Part shown: in pieces, positions 19,265-28,832 of the stretch
Position numbering within the stretch: position 1 is the first letter of the stretch
Layout: each line of letters starts with the position of its first letter
NCBI GenBank assembly: GCA_966252285.1
Contig: CBINOL010000009.1
Location: 743 to 64,742, forward strand
DNA: 64,000 bases
Direction: 5' to 3'
Source: an uncultured Caulobacter sp.
GTDB lineage: Bacteria > Pseudomonadota > Alphaproteobacteria > Caulobacterales > Caulobacteraceae
Notes under the pieces: model-generated
The model's input: the letters and a program-made list of their open reading frames with translations, nothing else
Database searches by the model: none
What the model was told of the DNA's origin: nothing
Position numbers and translations under genes: made by a program

Positions 19265-20164
19265 TCAGGCGATGCCTGCGCCGCCGGTCACGCCATAGAC
19301 CTCGCCGGTCGTGAAGCTGGCCTCCTGCGAGGCCAACAGCACATAGACCGGCGCGATCTCCACCGGTTGGCCAGGTCGGCCGAACTGGCTGTGCTGGCCA
19401 AAGTGCTGGACCTTTTCCTGGGTCTGGCCGCCGCTGGGTTGCAGCACCGTCCAGAACGGGCCGGGCGCCACCGCATTGGCCCGCACGCCGTCCTTGATCA
19501 GCTGCTTGGCCAGCGCCTTGGTGAAGGCGACGATGCCGGCCTTGGTGGTAGCGTAGTCGAGCAGGTTCTCGGACGGCTCGTAGGCCTGCACCGAAGCGGT
19601 ATTGATCACCGCCGCGCCGGGCCGCAGGTGAGGGCGCGCCGCCTGGGTGATCCAGAACATGGCGTAAAGATTGGTTTTGAGCGTGTGGTCGAACTGCTCG
19701 CTGTCTATGGCAGCGATGTCGGGGCGGCTGACCTGCTTGCCGGCGTTGTTGACCAGGATGTCGAGACCGCCCAGGCCCTCGACGGCCTTGGCCACGAGTT
19801 CGCGGCAGAAGGCCTCGTCCTTGATGTCGCCGGGCAGGGCGAGGGCCTTGCGACCTTCGGCCTCGATCAGGGCGATGACCTCGCGGGCGTCGCTTTCCTC
19901 GCTCGGCAGGTAGCCGATCGCCACGTCGGCGCCCTCGCGGGCATAGGCGATGGCGGCGGCGCGGCCGATGCCGGAGTCGGCGCCAGTGATCAGCGCCTTG
20001 CGGCCGACGAGCTTGCCTGAGCCGCGATAGTTTTCCTCGCCGTGGTCGGGCTTGGGATGCATCTTGGCGGCGAGGCCCGGCGCCGGTTGCGGCTGGGCCG
20101 GGAAGGGCGGCTTGGGATACTGCTCGCGCGGGTCCTGCATACGCAGGCGGTCGTCCTGGCTCAT
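19265..20164 (-). CDS. General-stress SDR oxidoreductase (YghA/YdaD-like)
   Basis: PKPDHGEENYRGSGKL, TGADSGIGRA, DYATTK, GRPGQPVEIAP; start taken at MSQDDRL. Confidence 0.93.
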   Translation of the reverse strand: MSQDDRLRMQDPREQYPKPPFPAQPQPAPGLAAKMHPKPDHGEENYRGSGKLVGRKALITGADSGIGRAAAIAYAREGADVAIGYLPSEESDAREVIALIEAEGRKALALPGDIKDEAFCRELVAKAVEGLGGLDILVNNAGKQVSRPDIAAIDSEQFDHTLKTNLYAMFWITQAARPHLRPGAAVINTASVQAYEPSENLLDYATTKAGIVAFTKALAKQLIKDGVRANAVAPGPFWTVLQPSGGQTQEKVQHFGQHSQFGRPGQPVEIAPVYVLLASQEASFTTGEVYGVTGGAGIA

Positions 20165-20241
20165 CGTCGTCTCCGGTGTGGGGGAAGGCGGCGCGCCGCA
20201 GGGACGGCGCCGCCGGGAGGAGGGAGGAAGCGAGCCGACCG

Positions 20242-22335
<2,094 letters not shown>

Positions 22336-22364
22336 GTCAGTCTCCTGGAATGGGATCGTGGGGC

Positions 22365-22390
22365 AATCCGAAAGCCCCGAGGCCGGTTCC
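22365..22390 (-). promoter_or_regulatory. Candidate sigmaT/EcfG-type promoter of katE, GGAAC-N17-GATT
   Basis: Motif ends about 30 nt upstream of the katE ATG. Confidence 0.55.
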
Positions 22391-22484
22391 GAGCGTGGCC
22401 GGATCTGGCTGATGATCGTGTTGATGATGAAGCTGTACGGACCGGCCGGGCGTTGAGGGCGAGCCAACTCAGAGGAGATCGCCT

Positions 22485-22664
22485 ATGCCCGCCAAGTCCG
22501 CCGCCCAGCAGAAAGCCGCCGGCGCGGCCCTGTCCGCCAAGCGCGGCGACACGCCCAAGAGCAAGCTCAAGGGCGCATCCAAGTCGATGCTGTCGATGAG
22601 CGAGAAGCAGCTGGAAGAGTTCGCGCACACCAAGCGCAAGGGCATGCCCGAGCATAAGCACTGA
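22485..22664 (+). CDS. DUF3008-family small basic protein (59 aa), absent from the ORF track
   Basis: Hand translation MPAKSAAQQKAAGAALSAKRGDTPKSKLKGASKSMLSMSEKQLEEFAHTKRKGMPEHKH; AGAGGAG RBS. Confidence 0.88.
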   Translation: MPAKSAAQQKAAGAALSAKRGDTPKSKLKGASKSMLSMSEKQLEEFAHTKRKGMPEHKH

Positions 22665-22744
22665 CACCTTCGATGCGCCGGTCCGACCGAGCGGCGACCT
22701 GCTCCTGAAGGGAACGATCGCCGCCCGGTCGATCCTGCTGGATG

Positions 22745-23290
22745 TCAGTGGGAGGGCTGCTTGGAGAACTCCGCCATCAGCTCTTCCTTGCGCGCGGCCA
22801 TGCGTTCGCCCATGGCTTCGAGGTCCTCGTCGCCCTTCTTGGCCTGGGCGAAGAAGCCGCCGGGCTGTTCCTCTTCCTTGACGTGGTGCTTGATGTACTC
22901 GCCCAGCACCTTGACCTTGGCGTCGTAGAACTCCTCGCCGGGCTTCATCGCCTCGATCTCGGCGATCAGCTTCTTGGCGCCGTCGTGCTCGACATAGGCC
23001 TCGTCGATCAGGTCGTCCTCCACCTCGCCGCGGCTTTCGGGATAGAGGATCTCCTCCTCGATCTGGGTGTGGACCTTCAGGGCCAGGGCGATCCTGTCGA
23101 ACAGCGCCTGCTTTTCGCGATCGCTCTCCAGCTGTTCGTACTCGTCGAACATCGCCTCCACCTCGCGGTGATCGGCCTTGAGCAGGCGGATCGCCAGAGG
23201 ATCGCGCCGACCCGTGCGGCGGGTGCGGCGAGCCTTGGCGGACTTTCCCGATTTCGAGGCGGTCTTGGTGGCGGCTTTGGCGGTGGCCAT
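22745..23290 (-). CDS. Hemerythrin/HHE-domain protein with a basic N-terminal tail
   Basis: LKADHREV, HTQIEEEILYP, EHDGAK, HHVKEEE. Confidence 0.9.
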   Translation of the reverse strand: MATAKAATKTASKSGKSAKARRTRRTGRRDPLAIRLLKADHREVEAMFDEYEQLESDREKQALFDRIALALKVHTQIEEEILYPESRGEVEDDLIDEAYVEHDGAKKLIAEIEAMKPGEEFYDAKVKVLGEYIKHHVKEEEQPGGFFAQAKKGDEDLEAMGERMAARKEELMAEFSKQPSH

Positions 23291-23322
23291 GGCGACTCTC
23301 CCTGTGAGTTGATCGCCGCTTG

Positions 23323-23348
23323 AAGCCCGCGCCCTGGATGCTGGTTCC
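23323..23348 (-). promoter_or_regulatory. Candidate sigmaT/EcfG-type promoter GGAAC-N17-GCTT
   Basis: Upstream of the hemerythrin gene, in the correct orientation. Confidence 0.45.
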
Positions 23349-23455
23349 TATGGCCATGCTAGTTGAGAGACGATTTCAGTCACACAGCACCTTGGAGCCA
23401 TTACTCGCTAAAAATCAGTCGGTTATGGCGGGTTGTGGGTCGGGTTTTCGACATA

Positions 23456-23480
23456 GGAACGGGTTCCGATCGCCCGCATT
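23456..23480 (+). promoter_or_regulatory. Candidate sigmaT/EcfG-type promoter GGAAC-N16-CATT
   Basis: 48 nt upstream of the Gln-rich ORF. Confidence 0.55.
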
Positions 23481-23528
23481 TGTGCTGAGCCGGAGCAACC
23501 GGCGACCAGCCATTCAAGGGAGACGGCC

Positions 23529-23813
23529 ATGGGCGAGAACGCCAACAACGATCGCATGCAGCAGCAGTCGAGCGACGCGCAGCGCCAGCAAGTCGGCCAG
23601 CAGAACCAGCAGGGCGACACCCGCCAGCCGCAGCAACAACAGAACAACCCCCAGCAGGCCCAGCCGGATCAGCAGAACCAGCAGGGCGAGCGTCGTCCGG
23701 GCGAGCGCCAGGAAGAGCGCGACATCGAAGGCGAGGGTGACGGCCTCGCCGGCGGCGTCGACTCCGGCGCGATCCAGCCGGGCAAGACCGGGCAAGGCGA
23801 CGTCGAGCGCTAA
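23529..23813 (+). CDS. Gln/Asn-rich low-complexity hypothetical protein
   Basis: AGGGAG RBS, host-like codon usage, hydrophilin-like composition. Confidence 0.7.
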   Translation: MGENANNDRMQQQSSDAQRQQVGQQNQQGDTRQPQQQQNNPQQAQPDQQNQQGERRPGERQEERDIEGEGDGLAGGVDSGAIQPGKTGQGDVER

Positions 23814-23823
23814 TCCAGGCGGA

Positions 23824-23858
23824 GGCCGGCCGCGATCTGCGGCAGATCGCGGCCGGCC
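23824..23858. repeat. Perfect 17-1-17 inverted repeat
   Basis: GGCCGGCCGCGATCTGC-G-GCAGATCGCGGCCGGCC, read directly. Confidence 0.9.
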
Positions 23859-23862
23859 GCCG

Positions 23863-24120
23863 ATGGTCGAGATGTTCGGGGGTCAGATTGCATTTGTGTT
23901 TGGAGTGTCGCCCTTCGAGGGCGGCTGGTCGGTGAAGCTGTGCGACACGGGCGAGGTGCTGTTCTTCGAGACCGGCGGCCAGGCCGAGCGGGAAGCGCGA
24001 CGGTTGGCGGCTGCCTATCCTGGCGGCGCGCGCGTCCGGGTTTTGGATCTTCGCCAGCAGTTGGCGGGGGAATGGGCTCCCAAGAGCGGGGCGGAAGGTC
24101 CGCTCGGAATTCCAGCTTAG
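23863..24120 (+). CDS. Small hypothetical protein
   Basis: MVEMFGGQIAFVFGVSPFEGGWSV...FETGGQAEREARRLA; looks like a folded protein; start uncertain. Confidence 0.55.
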   Translation: MVEMFGGQIAFVFGVSPFEGGWSVKLCDTGEVLFFETGGQAEREARRLAAAYPGGARVRVLDLRQQLAGEWAPKSGAEGPLGIPA

Positions 24121-25199
24121 CGCACCGAGCCCGACGGTTCGGCGGTAAAGCGGATGTCGTAAGCCGTGCCCGGCGGTCCGGATCGTTCGAGCTGGCCATG
24201 CAGTTGCTGGACGAGCGAGCGCACCAGCCTCGTGCCGCCGCCTTTCCGAGCTGAAGCAGGATCGAAGCCGATGCCGTCGTCGGCGACGGCGAGATGAAGC
24301 CGGCCCACCTCGTCCAGGTCGAAGGTGACGGTGATGAGGCCAGCGCGATCGTCTGGGAAGGCGTATTTGAGGGCGTTCTCCACCAGCTCGTTGACAATCA
24401 GACCGATCGGCACGGCCATCATCGAGCCGATGTCGATCCTGGCGACGTCCACGCGCAGGCCTACGGGGCGAACGCCGATGACGCCGTCGCGCAGGTCGTC
24501 ACAGATCGAGCAGATGTAGTCGCGCGCGCAGATGGCGGTCGCCTCGTCGGAGAGGTGCAAGCGCGTATAGAGCCTGCCTAGAACCCCGATGCGTCCGGTC
24601 GCCTCCTTTACGGCGCGCTGCGCGTCGGGGTCGGTGATCTCCCGAAAAGACAGGTGCAAGAGGCCGTTGACGGAGGCCAGGTGGTTCTTGACCCGATGGT
24701 TGATGTCTTCGATCAGCAGCTTGTTGAAGTCGTTGGCGCGTTTCAGCGCCAGGCTCGTCCTGGCTAGGCGCTCGGCCGTGGAGCGTAAGGCCTCGACCGT
24801 AACGGCCAGAAAAAGGCCGATCAGCACGTAGAGCGCCAGGGGCAGGGCGTCCTTCAGGTTCGGCAGCTCGAACGAGCGGACGGTCGGGACGAAGAAGTAC
24901 CAGGCCATGCCCGTGCTCAGCAGGACGGCAAACACCCCGGTCCCGCGATCGAACAGCGCCGAGATCAGGATGATCGCCGGAAAGAACAGTAGAAACGGAA
25001 ACCCGCCCATGTAAGGCGCGGCCGCCACGCGAAGTGCGAAGAACAGCAAGATGATGGCGGTGGCCAGCAGATAGCGCAGCGCCACCGGGGCGGCGCGCAG
25101 CGGCGCAGAGGCGCGGAAAATCGACTCCAGTTTCAAAGGCGAGGGTCCATGAGCCGGGGCATACCTTGAATGCTTGGCTTGCGATTTGGAGCCAACCAC
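24117..25199 (-). CDS. Sensor histidine kinase (DUF4118-like membrane input, HisKA_2/HWE-type core)
   Basis: H-box DINHRVKNHL, N-box ELVENALKY, G-box DDGIG; true start may be TTG at 25136. Confidence 0.9.
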   Translation of the reverse strand: MVGSKSQAKHSRYAPAHGPSPLKLESIFRASAPLRAAPVALRYLLATAIILLFFALRVAAAPYMGGFPFLLFFPAIILISALFDRGTGVFAVLLSTGMAWYFFVPTVRSFELPNLKDALPLALYVLIGLFLAVTVEALRSTAERLARTSLALKRANDFNKLLIEDINHRVKNHLASVNGLLHLSFREITDPDAQRAVKEATGRIGVLGRLYTRLHLSDEATAICARDYICSICDDLRDGVIGVRPVGLRVDVARIDIGSMMAVPIGLIVNELVENALKYAFPDDRAGLITVTFDLDEVGRLHLAVADDGIGFDPASARKGGGTRLVRSLVQQLHGQLERSGPPGTAYDIRFTAEPSGSVR

Positions 25200-25452
25200 C
25201 TAGGCGGGTCAAACCATGAACCCGGCAACGCGGTGCTCCCTTTCATGCCGCCAGAAGCCGGCTTCAGCTTTGCGGGTCGATGGCCGTGGTCCCGGACAAG
25301 CGACGGCGGCTACGTTGCGTGCTACGGGTCGGTCGTTCTGCCCGGGCGAAGAGTCGAGGATTGCTTATGGCGCCTGTGGAGACGATGACGCCTTGCAGGG
25401 CCGGCGAAGAGTCGAAGGGGTCCCAAGGTCCGCTCCTGGCGCGACGCAGTTA

Positions 25453-25743
25453 CTAGCGGCTCCTGACCGGACGAGCCTTTCGAAGGCGGACGTCGGGAAT
25501 CGGGGCGCGGGGCGCCGTATCGGATGACGCGCCGTCTTGCCTGTTCCGCAGCCAGGCTTCAATCTCAGTCAGGTTCCAGGCTACGCTGCGTCGGGTAAGT
25601 TGAAAGCGGCGTGGAAACAGCCCCTTCTGCTCAAGGTCGTAGATCGTTGAATCCGCTAGTGGGACCAATTGTCGAAGGTCGCGACGTCTGATTAGTCTGG
25701 GGAAGGTCTCCTCCAGATCTTGAGGGTCGATGAAGCGGATCAT
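25453..25743 (-). CDS. alpA: AlpA-family phage regulator / recombination directionality factor
   Basis: RLIRRRDLRQLVPLADSTIYDLEQKGLFPRRFQLTRRSVAWNLTEIEAW; located at the island end. Confidence 0.88.
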   Translation of the reverse strand: MIRFIDPQDLEETFPRLIRRRDLRQLVPLADSTIYDLEQKGLFPRRFQLTRRSVAWNLTEIEAWLRNRQDGASSDTAPRAPIPDVRLRKARPVRSR

Positions 25744-26228
25744 CGGGAGTTCCTTTCAGCTGGCCAGACTCGGCCGGTGTCCTCAGCAAATTGTAAGCAC
25801 CGAGCACGCCCCGGCTTTGACGCAAGTCAGGCGTCTTCCATTCCTCATGGTCAAGCTGACGGTATTTTTTTACGCGCTTTTTGGGCTGGGCAGTGAGTCC
25901 ATAGCGGCGCATGCATTCGCGATGGGAGGAAGGGCGGGGTGGCAGACTTTTCCTCGGCCGCCTGAGCAGGCCATCCTCACATGCCCGGAGGAGGGGCTTG
26001 TCGTAGTTTGGGTGGTGTGAGGGTATTTTTGTCGTAGTATTTTCGGAAAATTATAATTCACAATTGCTATATGTTGTTTCTGTGGTTCGCAAATCTATTC
26101 ATTTGTCAAATAATTATATTTCCTAGTGAAAACATAACGATAGAGGTTTGGCGTGGTGAAAACTGGTTTTCACGTGTGCGTGACATGAATATTTGATGCA
26201 AATCAATATCTTAGGGGGATGTGCTATA

Positions 26229-26256
26229 ATCGAGTGGGAGTGATCAAGGAAGGCGC
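26229..26256 (+). repeat. attR direct repeat (displaced guaA 3' end)
   Basis: Identical to 1558-1585. Confidence 0.93.
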
Positions 26257-26276
26257 CTTCGGGCGCCTTCTTTTTT
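26249..26276 (+). terminator. Intrinsic terminator (right copy, probably the original guaA terminator)
   Basis: GAAGGCGCC-TTCG-GGCGCCTTC plus T6. Confidence 0.82.
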
Positions 26277-26328
26277 GTCCGCCCAGCGCGTGCCTGGCCG
26301 ATCTGGGAGAGGGCGTTCCTGCCTCGCC

Positions 26329-27759
26329 TCAGTCCAGCCCCAGTGCGGCATGGTCCACCGTCGCCGCGGCGAGTTCGGCGCGGGCTGCAGCGATGCGGGC
26401 CTGGGCTTCGATCAGGCGCATCGCCGCGTCGGTCGCGGTCTCCTCGCGCTGATTGACCAGGAAGAAGTCGCTGGAGCCCAGTTCGAACCGGCGCCGCTCG
26501 GCGGCCGCCAGGCGGTCGGCCAGATCGCGCTCCTGTTCGGCGGCCCTGGCCAGACGCTCGGCCGCGTGCAGGGCGATGCCGATCCCTTCGACCTCGACGG
26601 CGATCTGGTCGCGCAGGAAGCGCCCGCGCGCCTGCAGCGCATCGATCTCGGCGCGGGTCTCGTCGAGCTTGCCCCTGGCGGCGCGGTTCTGGAGAGGGAT
26701 CGAGAAGCGAAAGCCGACGACCGCTTCCGTCGGCGTGCGGCTGGGCCCGCCCAGGCCTTCCGAGCCGATATCCTTGCCCAGCTCGAGCCGCAGGTCGAAG
26801 CGGGGCTTCAGGTCGTTCCGCGCCAGCGCCAGGCGGGCCTGCGACTGGTCCACGCGCGAGAGCAGGCTTTGCAGGTCCGGGCGCGTGGCGGCCGGATCGG
26901 CGCCGGTGGTCGCGGCCCGGACGCCGGCGAGCGCGCCGGCCTCGACGGGCAGCCGGCCTTCGTCCACCACGACCGGCCGGTCGGCCGCGTCGCGGTAGTA
27001 GAGCGACAGCGCATTCGCGGCGACCTGCAGGTCGCCTTCGGCGCGTACCACCAGCGCGCGGCGGCGCACCAGGTTCTGTTCGTTCTCGGTCAGCAGGATC
27101 TGCGGCTTGGCGCCTAGCTGGACTTGCCGCTCGATGCCGCCGCGACGGCTTTCGGCCAGGGCGAGGAGCTCGCGGTAGGTCTTCAGCCGCCAGCCGGCGG
27201 CGATCCAGTTCTGATAGGCGATGATCGCGCGCGTCTGCACGCCGATCGCCACGGCCTGACGCTCGAAGCGGGCGATGTCGATGTCGGAGGCGGCCAGGGC
27301 GCGGCGCGTGCGGCGCTCGTCGACCAGCCGGTCGCGCAGCAGCGCGTAGAGCAGGCCGATCTTGGCTTCGCCCAGTTGGTTGGTGTGCGCCTGGTCCTCA
27401 TAGATGGGGAAGTCGCCGCGCGAGACGCGATAGGCGCCGTAGACATAGCCGCCGTTGTCACCGAACGGCCGCGTGGCGCGCGCCTCCGCCTGATCGCCGT
27501 CATAGTAGCCGAGCGCGCGAGCGCGGCTTTCGACGGAGAACACCGTGTCGAAGGCGCCTTCGGCGGTCAGCGCGCGGCTCCTGGCCTGACGTTCGCGCGC
27601 CAGCTGCTCGACGATCTGGGGCGACGAGCGGGCCGAGGCCGCCAGCAGTTCGGCGAGGGTGAGCGGTGCAACGCTCCGCTCGGCCGCCGCAGGCGCCTGG
27701 GCGGCGGCGAGGGCAGGGACCGAGCAGAACAGCAGAAGGATTATGGAGAGCCGGACCAT
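26329..27759 (-). CDS. TolC-family outer membrane efflux/secretion protein
   Basis: Signal peptide; ERRRFELGSSDFFLVNQRE motif; follows the HlyD gene. Confidence 0.88.
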   Translation of the reverse strand: MVRLSIILLLFCSVPALAAAQAPAAAERSVAPLTLAELLAASARSSPQIVEQLARERQARSRALTAEGAFDTVFSVESRARALGYYDGDQAEARATRPFGDNGGYVYGAYRVSRGDFPIYEDQAHTNQLGEAKIGLLYALLRDRLVDERRTRRALAASDIDIARFERQAVAIGVQTRAIIAYQNWIAAGWRLKTYRELLALAESRRGGIERQVQLGAKPQILLTENEQNLVRRRALVVRAEGDLQVAANALSLYYRDAADRPVVVDEGRLPVEAGALAGVRAATTGADPAATRPDLQSLLSRVDQSQARLALARNDLKPRFDLRLELGKDIGSEGLGGPSRTPTEAVVGFRFSIPLQNRAARGKLDETRAEIDALQARGRFLRDQIAVEVEGIGIALHAAERLARAAEQERDLADRLAAAERRRFELGSSDFFLVNQREETATDAAMRLIEAQARIAAARAELAAATVDHAALGLD

Positions 27760-28832
27760 CACTTCGCCTTGGCCCCGTCCTTGTCGTCGTTCTTCGGCGG
27801 AGCGCCGACGGTGGCGGCCGCCCCGCTCGCCTGACCGAAGTCGAGCGGGAAGTCGTTGAGCTGGCGCCAGAGCTCGTAGCCGACCGAAACCGTCTCGCCC
27901 TGCACCCAGCCGCGAACCTTGCCGCCCAGCCTGGCGAAGCGCTGGTCGGGCCATGGGGCCTTGCCGGGCATGGGTTCGACGAGGACGCGGAACAGGCCCG
28001 ACGGTGCGGCTGTCGGGTCGATGGAGCGAACGCGGCCGTCGAACAGCCCCTGGGCCACCGCGGGCCAGCCGCTGAACTGGATCGCCGGCCAGCCCTCGAA
28101 TTCGAGCCGCACCGCGCGCCCGGGATGGACGAGCGGCACGTCGCGCCCGTCGATGAACAGTTCGACCACCCGCTGCGTGTGTTCGGGAGCGACCACCGCC
28201 AGCACCGTGCCGGCCGACACCAGGCCGCCGCCGGCGGCGGCGTTGAGGGTCTGGATGCGGCCGCTGCGGGGCGCGCTGACCATCTGTGCGGACTGCCGGT
28301 TCAGCTGCACGTCGATGCGGTTGAGCTTGGCGCGCGCCTCGGCCAGCTTGGCGCCGGCGTCGGCGACCTTGATCTGGGCCTGCTCGAAGTCGCGGCGCGC
28401 GGCCAGCCCCTCGGCGAGTAATTGGCGCGTGCGGCCGACGTCGATGCTGGCCACCGACTGGGCCTGGCGGACCGCCGCGATCTCGGCCTCCACCTGCGCG
28501 CGCTCTTCGGCGAGGCGCGTGAGGAGGTTCGGGTCGAGGTCGGCGATGCGGGCGATCGGATCGCCGGCGTCCACGTGCAGGCCGTCCTGCACGTACCAGC
28601 GCTCGACCCGGCCGCCGACCAGCGCCGAAACGTCCTGGGCGCGATCGGTCGGGTCCGGCGCCGCCACCTGGCCTCTGCCCTGGGCGGTCTGCATCCAGGG
28701 CACGAAGAACAGGATCGCCAGCGACACCACGATGCCGGCCGCGACCATCCAGCCCAGAGCCACGACAACGCGCGGCGGGCGCTGCTGCGCCAGGGTCTTG
28801 AAGTGGGAGAGGTGCTCAGGACGGTAGGGCAT
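27759..28832 (-). CDS. HlyD-family membrane fusion protein
   Basis: N-terminal TM, VSALVGGRVERWYVQDG lipoyl-like half, coiled coil, RLEFEGWPAIQFSGWP. Confidence 0.9.
   Translation of the reverse strand: MPYRPEHLSHFKTLAQQRPPRVVVALGWMVAAGIVVSLAILFFVPWMQTAQGRGQVAAPDPTDRAQDVSALVGGRVERWYVQDGLHVDAGDPIARIADLDPNLLTRLAEERAQVEAEIAAVRQAQSVASIDVGRTRQLLAEGLAARRDFEQAQIKVADAGAKLAEARAKLNRIDVQLNRQSAQMVSAPRSGRIQTLNAAAGGGLVSAGTVLAVVAPEHTQRVVELFIDGRDVPLVHPGRAVRLEFEGWPAIQFSGWPAVAQGLFDGRVRSIDPTAAPSGLFRVLVEPMPGKAPWPDQRFARLGGKVRGWVQGETVSVGYELWRQLNDFPLDFGQASGAAATVGAPPKNDDKDGAKAK

Noticed and set aside
25631-25912. 93-aa minus-strand ORF upstream of and overlapping alpA
   Set aside because: No recognisable family, and it overlaps alpA out of frame. 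Cannot be excluded but is unsupported.
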